Origin: Nitrospirota bacterium
GTDB taxonomy: Bacteria; Nitrospirota; UBA9217
Assembly (NCBI GenBank): GCA_963790205.1
Contig: CAWBNQ010000004.1
Span: forward strand, 1-25,611
DNA length: 25,611 bases
Direction: 5' to 3'
Shown: positions 16,862 to 24,085 of the stretch, piece after piece
How the letters are laid out: every line of letters begins with the position of its first letter
Numbering within the stretch: the stretch's first letter is position 1
Notes under the pieces: model-generated
Told to the model about the DNA's origin: nothing
What the model saw: the letters and a program-made list of their open reading frames with translations, nothing else
The model's database searches: none
Made by a program: the position numbers and the translations under genes

Positions 16862-17747
16862 GTATACGAGCCCCGATGAGGGGCATATTCACGGCATCCG
16901 CATGATCCACTACGCAAGCCAGACCAAGTATCAGCGGATGGAGATCATGGACAGCGGGAGCTACGGCCGGTGCCTCGTGCTGGACGGCAAGATGCAGTCC
17001 ACCATCACCGACGAGTTCATCTACCACGAGGCGCTGGTGCACCCCGCACTCCTCACCCACCCGAACCCCAAACGCGTGTTCATCGTGGGCGGAGGCGAGG
17101 GGGCCACGCTCCGCGAGGTGCTCCGCCACAAGAGCGTGGAGTACTGTATGATGGTGGACATCGACCAGGAAGTGGTCGAAAAGTCGAAGGAACTCCTGCC
17201 CGAATGGCACCAGGGCGCCTTCGATGACCCCCGGACCGATCTCAGGTTCATGGACGCCCGGAAATATCTCGAAGAGACCTCCGACACCTATGATGCGATC
17301 ATCATCGATATCTCCGAACCGGTGGAAGAGGGGCCGGCATACCTCCTCTTCACCCGGGAGTTCTACGAGATCGTAAAAGAGCGGCTGAGCCCGGATGGGG
17401 TCATTTCCCTCCAAGCGGGGACCACGGCCCTGCATTCGCTTTTGAATTTCACGGCCGTGGACAAGACCTTGAATGCGGTCTTCCCTGTCGTCGCTCCGTA
17501 TGCCGTGTCCATTCCGTCCTTCGGCCTCCCCTGGGGCTTTACCTTGGCCTCGAAGAACCTCGATCCCCGGAAGTTCGCGCCCAAGGACCTGGACGCCATG
17601 ATCAAGAAAAGGATCAAGGGCGAGAACCGGTACTTCGACGGGATCACGAACCAGGGCATGTACATGCTGCCCAAGCATATCCGTAAGGCCTTGGCGGAAG
17701 AGACGAAGATCATAGAAGATAATGCGCCGCTCTTTACGTATCATTAG
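16827..17747 (+). CDS. speE: Polyamine aminopropyltransferase (SpeE family, GGGEG subtype)
   Basis: TKYQ, GRCLVLDGKMQS..DEFIYHEALVHP, IVGGGEGATLREVLRH, VDID, YDAIIID and LFTREFY. Confidence 0.93.
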   Translation: MIEPKSYKWFIEYTSPDEGHIHGIRMIHYASQTKYQRMEIMDSGSYGRCLVLDGKMQSTITDEFIYHEALVHPALLTHPNPKRVFIVGGGEGATLREVLRHKSVEYCMMVDIDQEVVEKSKELLPEWHQGAFDDPRTDLRFMDARKYLEETSDTYDAIIIDISEPVEEGPAYLLFTREFYEIVKERLSPDGVISLQAGTTALHSLLNFTAVDKTLNAVFPVVAPYAVSIPSFGLPWGFTLASKNLDPRKFAPKDLDAMIKKRIKGENRYFDGITNQGMYMLPKHIRKALAEETKIIEDNAPLFTYH

Positions 17748-17770
17748 ATACGGTAAAAAAAGAAATCTAC

Positions 17771-17900
17771 CACGGAGACTCACCCTGCGGTAGTCCCCGG
17801 CTCTTTCGAAAGCGCCGGGGCAGGCAAAACGCGGGTACAGGCAGAAACACGGAGTAAAAAACCATGATGAATGATTCCTTTTTTCTCTGTGCCCTCCGTG
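17771..17900. repeat. Nested palindromic intergenic element
   Basis: CACGGAG twice (17771, 17848) facing CTCTGTG/CTCCGTG (17885, 17894), enclosing the hairpin CCCCGGC-TCTTTCGAAAGC-GCCGGGG (17795-17820). Confidence 0.6.
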
Positions 17901-17952
17901 ACCCAATAGAAAAATCTGTTTTTTTCATGGTCTTCTTCTCCCGTATAAAGCC

Positions 17953-19437
17953 ATGAACCCCCCTCCCAACCGGATCGAAGACGAGCAGTTCCGCACGCCG
18001 TTATTTGACGCAATGGTGAACCTTGCGGAAAGTCGCAAAGTCTCCTTCCATACCCCCGGACATAAAAGCGGCAAAGGCATTGCCACCCGGTTCCGCAAGT
18101 TCGTGGGGCCGCGTGTCTTCTCGATCGACCTCACGACGCTGGATGAGGTCGACTCGCTCCAGAACCCCACGGGCGTTATCAAGGAGGCGCAGGAACTTGC
18201 GGCAAAATCCGCGGGCGCGGACCGTTCGTATTTCCTGGTGAACGGCACAACCGTGGGAAACCACGCCATGGTGGCGTCCACGACCGGGCCCGGCGACAAG
18301 GTGCTGATCGCCCGAAACTGCCATCGCTCGGTGCTGACGGGCCTCATCATGAGCGGCGCGCAGCCGATCTTCTTTCAGCCGGCCTTTGACAACGACCTCA
18401 AGCTTACTCTGAACGTCAAATTCGAGACCGTAAAAAAAGCCATCGATGAAAATCCCGGGGCGCGGGCGCTCCTCATCACGAGCCCGAACTATTACGGTCT
18501 CTGTGCGGATATCGAGAAGATCATTCCCTATGCCCACGAGAAGGGGCTCATCGTTTTTGTGGACGAGGCGCACGGACCTCACCTCAAGTTCAACCCCAAG
18601 CTGCCTATTTGCGCCCTCGAGGCAGGTGCCGACCTCTGTGTTCAGTCCACGCACAAGATCGTGGGCGGCATGACCCAAGCCTCCATGCTGCACGCAAAGG
18701 TCGGCAGGATCAACATCGATGATGTCACGAACACACTCAAACTTCTCCAGACCACGAGCCCGTCCTATATCTTGATGGCCTCCCTCGACCTGGCGCGTAT
18801 GCAGATGGCCACGGAAGGAAAGAAACTCCTGAACCGCACTATCAAACTTGCCGAGGACGCGCGCGCGGAGATCAGCAAGATCCCGGGTCTCGTCTGTTTC
18901 GGCAAGGACCAGGCGAAGGCCGCCGGCATGTCGGACATGGACGTGACCAAGATGACGATAACGGTCTCGGATATGGGGCTTTCCGGTTACCATGTCTCCC
19001 ACCAATTGAACACGCGGTTCGGGATCCAGGTAGAAATGGCGGATCCGTTCCACGTGCTGGTGATCGTATCGATCGGTGACCGGCAGGATGATTTGAACCG
19101 GCTGGTGGAGTCTTTGCGCGTGATCGCCATGGAGACCGGGCTCCAGGGCGCACTCTTGCCGCTCGATAAGGTCCATCCGCCCATGCTGAATAACCGCTTT
19201 GCCATGACGCCGCGAAAGGCCTTCTACTCGGACAGCGAGCTTGTGAACGTGAATGACGCCGCGGGCAGGGTCTCGACCGAGATCGTGACCGTCTATCCCC
19301 CCGGCATTCCGCTCCTGGTCCCGGGTGAAGAGATTTCCAGCGACGCCATCGACTATCTTCAGAATATGGCGGGCCTCGGCGCGATCATCGACGGCATGAA
19401 CGAGAACAACACTCTCGTGCGTGTGGCGAAGGTGTAA
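17953..19437 (+). CDS. speA: PLP-dependent Orn/Lys/Arg decarboxylase (fold type I, Bacillus SpeA-like), probably arginine decarboxylase
   Basis: SFHTPGHKSG, FLVNGTT, RNCHRS, TSPNYYG, VDEAHG, QSTHK (PLP Lys), QTTSPSYILMASLD and YPPGIPLLVPGE. Substrate inferred from context. Confidence 0.85.
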   Translation: MNPPPNRIEDEQFRTPLFDAMVNLAESRKVSFHTPGHKSGKGIATRFRKFVGPRVFSIDLTTLDEVDSLQNPTGVIKEAQELAAKSAGADRSYFLVNGTTVGNHAMVASTTGPGDKVLIARNCHRSVLTGLIMSGAQPIFFQPAFDNDLKLTLNVKFETVKKAIDENPGARALLITSPNYYGLCADIEKIIPYAHEKGLIVFVDEAHGPHLKFNPKLPICALEAGADLCVQSTHKIVGGMTQASMLHAKVGRINIDDVTNTLKLLQTTSPSYILMASLDLARMQMATEGKKLLNRTIKLAEDARAEISKIPGLVCFGKDQAKAAGMSDMDVTKMTITVSDMGLSGYHVSHQLNTRFGIQVEMADPFHVLVIVSIGDRQDDLNRLVESLRVIAMETGLQGALLPLDKVHPPMLNNRFAMTPRKAFYSDSELVNVNDAAGRVSTEIVTVYPPGIPLLVPGEEISSDAIDYLQNMAGLGAIIDGMNENNTLVRVAKV

Positions 19438-19700
19438 CTTCCCATCCGTTTTCTGCGAGTGCCACGCTGGCCGCGATCGGGACTGAAACGTGTGCCTGCT
19501 GGCCAAACGTAAACTACCCATCAACTCAGCCAAAGCACGTCAACAACGATCAAAGCTCCGTCAGATTTATGTTGTTCCAGCACATGAATTGATATACTAT
19601 ATAACAAGGCAGAGAGAGCATGCGTACGGTGCACTGTTGGAACAGGTCCAGGATATGTCGCGGCGTATAAGAAAATGGCTTCTGCAAAGGAGAATTTATT

Positions 19701-19853
19701 TTGGGGAAACCGAATTTCAGTTTTCAAAAGCATCAGAAGGAATTAGCAAAGAAAAAGAAGAACGAAGAAAAAAGACAGCGCAAACTTGGCAAAAATACCG
19801 ATCAGCCGATGGAGCGCTCGGAAGGGTCTCCGGATGGGGCAGAAATAAAATAA
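19701..19853 (+). CDS. 50-aa Lys/Glu-rich small protein (not in ORF track)
   Basis: SD AAAGGAG 8 nt before TTG. MGKPNFSFQKHQKELAKKKKNEEKRQRKLGKNTDQPMERSEGSPDGAEIK*. Confidence 0.75.
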   Translation: MGKPNFSFQKHQKELAKKKKNEEKRQRKLGKNTDQPMERSEGSPDGAEIK

Positions 19854-19936
19854 CTTCGGAGACCGTTGTACTGCAAGCACACTACGAAGAGATGTCCGAT
19901 GAAGTGGCGGCGCATTCTGGAAGGAGGTGATATTCC

Positions 19937-19999
19937 ATGGCACAATCGAGACAGGGCGCAAAGAAGGAAGTAAAAAAACCGAAGTCTAAAAAGAAATAG
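19937..19999 (+). CDS. 20-aa basic microprotein (not in ORF track)
   Basis: Perfect SD AAGGAGGTGA 6 nt before ATG. MAQSRQGAKKEVKKPKSKKK*, followed by a terminator. Confidence 0.6.
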   Translation: MAQSRQGAKKEVKKPKSKKK

Positions 20000-20010
20000 C
20001 ATTATCACTG

Positions 20011-20066
20011 AGCATCAGTCCTCGTGGGCGTAGATAACGATGCCGCCCATGATCCTGATGCTTTTT
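20011..20066 (+). terminator. Intrinsic terminator after the microprotein genes
   Basis: AGCATCAG..TCGTGGGCG / CGCCCATGA..CTGATGCT followed by TTTT. Confidence 0.6.
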
Positions 20067-20100
20067 GGGGCGACGTAATAATTTACGTTAAAAAGAGTTC

Positions 20101-20129
20101 TTGTCAATACTCCCCCAATGGCCTATAGT
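20101..20129 (+). promoter_or_regulatory. Sigma70 promoter of hup
   Basis: TTGTCA-17bp-TATAGT, SD AGGAGG at 20161. Confidence 0.7.
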
Positions 20130-20173
20130 GACCGCAGCTGCAACACCTAATCTTATTCACAGGAGGGCACTAC

Positions 20174-20461
20174 ATGGCAAAGGCAATGACGAAATCGCAG
20201 TTCGTCGCAAAGCTCGCAGAGAAGGCATCGCTTACCAAGAAGGCAGCTGCAGACATACTGGAGTTCATCGCTGAGACGGCCTATAAAGAAGCCAAGAACT
20301 CGTTCACGTTGCCGGGACTCGGCAAGCTCGTGCTCGTGCAGCGCAAGGCGCGTATGGGCAGAAACCCTGCTACCGGAGAAACCATCAAGATCAAGGCAAA
20401 GAAAGTCGTCAAGTTTCGAGTTGCCAAAGCCGCCAAAGACGCCATCCTCGGCGCCAAGTAG
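20174..20461 (+). CDS. hup: HU family DNA-binding protein
   Basis: MTKSQFVAKLAEK..FTLPGLGKL..RKARMGRNPATGETIKIKAKKVVKFR. Confidence 0.95.
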   Translation: MAKAMTKSQFVAKLAEKASLTKKAAADILEFIAETAYKEAKNSFTLPGLGKLVLVQRKARMGRNPATGETIKIKAKKVVKFRVAKAAKDAILGAK

Positions 20462-20473
20462 TCTGGCCTTTAG

Positions 20474-20519
20474 AAAAACCAGGCCCGCTCCGGATCTACA
20501 GGTGGGCTTGGTTTTTTTT
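20474..20519. terminator. Bidirectional intrinsic terminator between hup and rlmA
   Basis: AAAAACCAGGCCCGC...GTGGGCTTGGTTTTTTTT. Confidence 0.8.
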
Positions 20520-20589
20520 CAGCGATCTGAGGCTTTTCTTGCTTTGCCGTTTGTAACCGCTCAGAATCTCTACCGGGGAATGTTCACCC

Positions 20590-21451
20590 TCACCCTATCG
20601 CCCTCTTGAAGACGCGTATCTCCACATCGACATCCAAATCAAGCCGGTCAAGCGCTTCCACCTTGGATTTGGTCTTCAGATCAATATTCCAGAAATAGGG
20701 TGTCATTGCAAGAAGGTCCCTGATGGCTTCAGCACTTTTCAGCTCAACCTGATAATTAATCCTCACTTCATCTGAAAGAGAAAAGAGTCCTTTGGCTTGT
20801 TCGAGCACTGACGATGGCGCATGTTCCCTGACCATCGGATAGATGATCTCCCGCAAGCCGTTGAGGTGTCTGGGGCCGGGGCTTACGAACACGAGCTCTC
20901 CCGTGTCCCTCAGCGTTCGGGAAAACTCGGGAAAGTTAGCCGGCGAAAAGATGTTCAGTACGATATCCAGGGAAGCTGGCAGAAAGGGCAGCTCGGCAAT
21001 GCTGGCAACAAACCAGTCAATCATCTTGTCGCGCTTTGCCGCCTGGCGAACGGCATATTTCGAGATGTCGACACCGTAGTAATCGATAGGAAGCTTCGCG
21101 CTGAGCCGAGCCAGGTAATCCTTGAGGCGCTTGAGATAAAATCCCTCACCGCAGCCGGCGTCAAGAATGTTGAACGCTCGCTTGTTCGTATCGTCGGAGA
21201 GCTTTCCGGCAACGACCTCGTTGATGCCATCGGATACCCTGTCGTAAAATCCAAGGTCCAGAAACCGTCTTCGACTTCGCATCATGTCCGGGCTGTCACC
21301 CGGTTCTTTGGAATGCTTCTGGTGAGACAGCAGCACATTGACATACCCCTCGCGAGCAGCGTCGAAGGTATGCATCGTTGGAGCATTGATAGCCGTCCGC
21401 CGACAGAAGCAGGGCATTCCGGCAAACGGGACATTGCAGGATGGCGGTCAT
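20590..21451 (-). CDS. rlmA: 23S rRNA m1G745/748 methyltransferase RlmA-like, one apparent frameshift near 21375
   Basis: MTAILQCPVCRNAL..YQCSN, then after a 1-nt shift HTFDAAREGYVN (Zn finger). PGDSPDMMRSRRRFLDLGFY, LDAGCGEGFY, GVDISK, PGPRHL and LLAMTPY. Confidence 0.88.
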
Positions 21452-21542
21452 GTGCTTTCCCCTCTCAAGAGGGATAGATCTTTTCCGGGCTAAATGGGAT
21501 CACTGTTCTTAGGCTGGATACGTGAAACGTCGGAGGGTGTCT

Positions 21543-21923
21543 CTATTTTGCCTGCTTGTTGTACTGAACATTGACTTCGTAGGCGATGCTGCCGTGTCCG
21601 AGGGTATCGTTCGTTCCGTGACAAAAAATCTTACCCTTGATCGACTTCTTGCTGGATTTAACCAGGCTGGCAACAACCGGCGCCAGGTCGTACCCGCCGT
21701 TCGTGCAGCCCTCCTGCATACATTTCATGTGAAAGCTGGCATAATTAGCAGGCGAGAAATTGAGCGTGCGCTCCATCAGAACCGGGTCCACGCCGCGATG
21801 GTAATACGTCATGTGAAATTCTATGCTTGAAACTCCGGAATATCGCTCTGAGACCAGACCGGCAGCGGCCATTGCTGCTTTTTCCAGTTCCAGTTTTTCC
21901 TTATAATTCTGTCTGTACCGCAT
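21543..21923 (-). CDS. Hypothetical 126-aa protein with C-x4-C...C...H motif
   Basis: SD GAAGGAG and ATG at 21923. KCMQEGCTNGGYDL..IFCHG..GHGSIAY, with its own promoter. Confidence 0.75.
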   Translation of the reverse strand: MRYRQNYKEKLELEKAAMAAAGLVSERYSGVSSIEFHMTYYHRGVDPVLMERTLNFSPANYASFHMKCMQEGCTNGGYDLAPVVASLVKSSKKSIKGKIFCHGTNDTLGHGSIAYEVNVQYNKQAK

Positions 21924-21950
21924 CGTTACTCCTTCTGAGGTGTCCCGTCT

Positions 21951-21984
21951 AAATACAAAACCACAAAGATTCAAATCCTTGTGG
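21951..21984 (-). terminator. Terminator-like hairpin in the 5' leader of the 126-aa gene
   Basis: CCACAAGGAU-UUGA-AUCUUUGUGG followed by UUUUGUAUUU. A G-U pair supports the minus strand. Confidence 0.6.
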
Positions 21985-22023
21985 CGTCACCGTTCCTCAT
22001 GCTTACGACAATCTACACGTATC

Positions 22024-22052
22024 ATTATCTCACTTTATCGGGATAATAGCAA
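22024..22052 (-). promoter_or_regulatory. Sigma70-type promoter of the 126-aa gene
   Basis: TTGCTA-17bp-(TGa)GATAAT. Confidence 0.55.
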
Positions 22053-22150
22053 CAGGTGTTTCTCGGCGGAGCCGATTATTTCGGCATAAAGCAGAATATT
22101 GCGGTTTCGCGGTCCCTAAAGCAGACGCACGTACTGCCGGAGAAAGGCGC

Positions 22151-22186
22151 AAAAAAAAGCAGACCCTGACTGATCAGGACCTGCTT
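22151..22186 (-). terminator. Intrinsic terminator of csp
   Basis: AAGCAGGUCCUGA-UCAG-UCAGGGUCUGCUU followed by a U tract. Confidence 0.85.
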
Positions 22187-22205
22187 CAAAAGTTTAAGCG
22201 TAAGC

Positions 22206-22406
22206 TTAGAGTTTTACAACATTGGCTGCCTTGGGGCCCTTGGGTGAGTCGACAACGTCGAACTGCACTTGCTGGCCTTCGGCCAACGACTTAAAGCCGC
22301 TGTCCTGTATGTCGCCGAAATGAACGAACACATCGCCGCCTTTTTCACGGGTAATGAATCCAAAGCCTTTGGAATCATTGAACCACTTTACTGTACCGGT
22401 TTCCAT
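22206..22406 (-). CDS. cspA: Cold-shock protein (CspA family)
   Basis: [15 protein letters not shown] (RNP1), DVFVHF (RNP2), [28 protein letters not shown]. Confidence 0.96.
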   Translation of the reverse strand: METGTVKWFNDSKGFGFITREKGGDVFVHFGDIQDSGFKSLAEGQQVQFDVVDSPKGPKAANVVKL

Positions 22407-22450
22407 GATGAGCTACCTCCTTCTTGTGGATTGAAGCGACGGAAAAGGAC

Positions 22451-22486
22451 AAAAAAAATACCACAAAGTCGAACTGTCTTTGTGGT
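22451..22486 (-). terminator. Terminator-like hairpin in the csp 5' leader
   Basis: ACCACAAAG-ACAGUUCGA-CUUUGUGGU followed by AUUUUUUUU. Confidence 0.65.
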
Positions 22487-22520
22487 TTCCCTACAAGTAC
22501 ATCCGGAACTTCTGAAAGAC

Positions 22521-22549
22521 ATAATGCCACACCGTCGAAAGGAAGTCAA
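22521..22549 (-). promoter_or_regulatory. Sigma70-type promoter of csp
   Basis: TTGACT-17bp-(TGg)CATTAT. Confidence 0.6.
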
Positions 22550-22652
22550 GTGTTATTATCAGTCCAGGCTCTTATATTTCATAACCATCGGAGCAGTCCG
22601 AATCAGGCCGTGTTGCAAGAAAATCAAGATTACCTCGGATCTCTCTTTTAAA

Positions 22653-22681
22653 TTGAAAAATGCACGCTTGCATGGCATAAT
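22653..22681 (+). promoter_or_regulatory. Sigma70-type promoter of nupC with a small palindrome in the spacer
   Basis: TTGAAA-17bp-(TGg)CATAAT, with ATGCA-CGCT-TGCAT in the spacer. Confidence 0.55.
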
Positions 22682-22725
22682 TCTTAAAACGTTGGGCAGA
22701 TTCATTACGGCTAAAGGAGCTCTTC

Positions 22726-23967
22726 ATGCTTATTCAGGCTTTACTCGGACTCGTCGTATTTCTCGGCATCGCCTGGTTCATAAGCGAGAACAGAAAGGGT
22801 GTAAAATTTAGTACCGCGTTGACCGGCGTCGTTGTTCAACTCTCGATCGCAGGCGTGCTTCTCTACGTTCCGATCTTTAAGAAGTTCTTCCTTCTTCTGA
22901 ATAACGTGGTGCTGGCGCTTGAATCAGCAACCAAAGCGGGCACGTCCTTCGTGTTCGGCTATATCGGCGGCGGAGCACCGCCGTTTTTTTTGAACGATCC
23001 GGGCTCAAACTTCATTCTCGCATTTCAGGCCTTGCCGCTTGTGCTGGTGATCGGGGCGCTTTCCGCGCTGCTCTTCCACTGGAAGATCCTTCCTTATATC
23101 GTTAAAGCATTCTCCTTTGTCCTGCAGAAAACCATGAACATCGGCGGCGCCCTCGGCCTCGGCGCTTCGACCACGATATTCCTCGGCATGGTGGAGGCGC
23201 CGCTCGTCATCAAACCTTATCTCACGAGCATGACCAGGAGCGAGCTCTTTTCCCTCATGACCGTAGGCATGACCTGCATCGCCGGGACCGTGATGGTCCT
23301 CTATGCCACGATCCTCGAGGGAGTGGTCCCCGACCCGCTTGGCCATATTCTTGTTGCGTCCTTCATCCATGTGGCTGCCGCCATCACGATCGCCCGGATC
23401 ATGGTCCCTGAGATGAAGGCAGAGACCTCGGGACGCTTGCTCCCCCAGCGCACAGCGACGAGTTCCATGGATGCCGTGGTCAAGGGGACCATGGACGGCC
23501 TTCAGCTCCTTCTGAACATCATCGCCATGCTCGTCGTCATGGTGGCCCTGGTGCATCTTGCGAACCTGCTCATCGGCCTGCTGCCCGACGTGGGCAACAA
23601 GCCGCTCACGCTTCAGCGCATTCTCGGTTTTGTCATGGCCCCGATCGTCTGGCTCTTCGGCATCCCCTGGCCGCAGGCCCAGACAGCCGGATACCTCATG
23701 GGTACCAAGACCATTTTAAACGAACTGCTCGCGTTCTTGGAAATGGCCAAGCTTCCGGCTGAGGCGCTCGACCCGCGCAGTCGCCTGATCATGACCTATG
23801 CCCTCGCGAGCTTCGCTAACTTCGGAAGCCTCGGCATTCTCATCGGCGGTCTGGGGAGCCTCGCGCCGGAGCGGCGCGAAGAGATCGTGGGCCTCGGCAT
23901 GAAGGCGCTTGTTGCGGGCACGCTCGCCACTTGCATGACCGGCGCGGTGATCGGAATATTTACGTAG
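22726..23967 (+). CDS. nupC: Concentrative nucleoside transporter (CNT/NupC family)
   Basis: ISENRK, GTSFVFG, AFQALP, IFLGMVEAPL, TRSELF, IAGTV, GTKTILNEL, YALASFANFGSLGILIGG and AGTLATCMTG. Confidence 0.93.
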   Translation: MLIQALLGLVVFLGIAWFISENRKGVKFSTALTGVVVQLSIAGVLLYVPIFKKFFLLLNNVVLALESATKAGTSFVFGYIGGGAPPFFLNDPGSNFILAFQALPLVLVIGALSALLFHWKILPYIVKAFSFVLQKTMNIGGALGLGASTTIFLGMVEAPLVIKPYLTSMTRSELFSLMTVGMTCIAGTVMVLYATILEGVVPDPLGHILVASFIHVAAAITIARIMVPEMKAETSGRLLPQRTATSSMDAVVKGTMDGLQLLLNIIAMLVVMVALVHLANLLIGLLPDVGNKPLTLQRILGFVMAPIVWLFGIPWPQAQTAGYLMGTKTILNELLAFLEMAKLPAEALDPRSRLIMTYALASFANFGSLGILIGGLGSLAPERREEIVGLGMKALVAGTLATCMTGAVIGIFT

Positions 23968-24085
23968 CCGGGTCCGCAGAGCACATAGCGCAGGTCGTCT
24001 CAGGTTTTGCATCCTGCATGTTTGGCTCGCGCTTTATGCGATTCTCTTCGGTACCCTTCCTCTTTCTAATCTGGTATAATCCAAT

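Noticed and set aside
16746..19533. 386-aa and 510-aa minus-strand ORFs
   Set aside because: Antisense shadows of speE and the decarboxylase.
19490..19930. 146-aa plus-strand ORF
   Set aside because: No SD or motif; it overlaps, in another frame, the better-supported 50-aa gene and its probable promoter region.
19921..20066. Type I toxin-antitoxin locus
   Set aside because: The peptide is hydrophilic and basic rather than a TM helix, and I found no antisense promoter.
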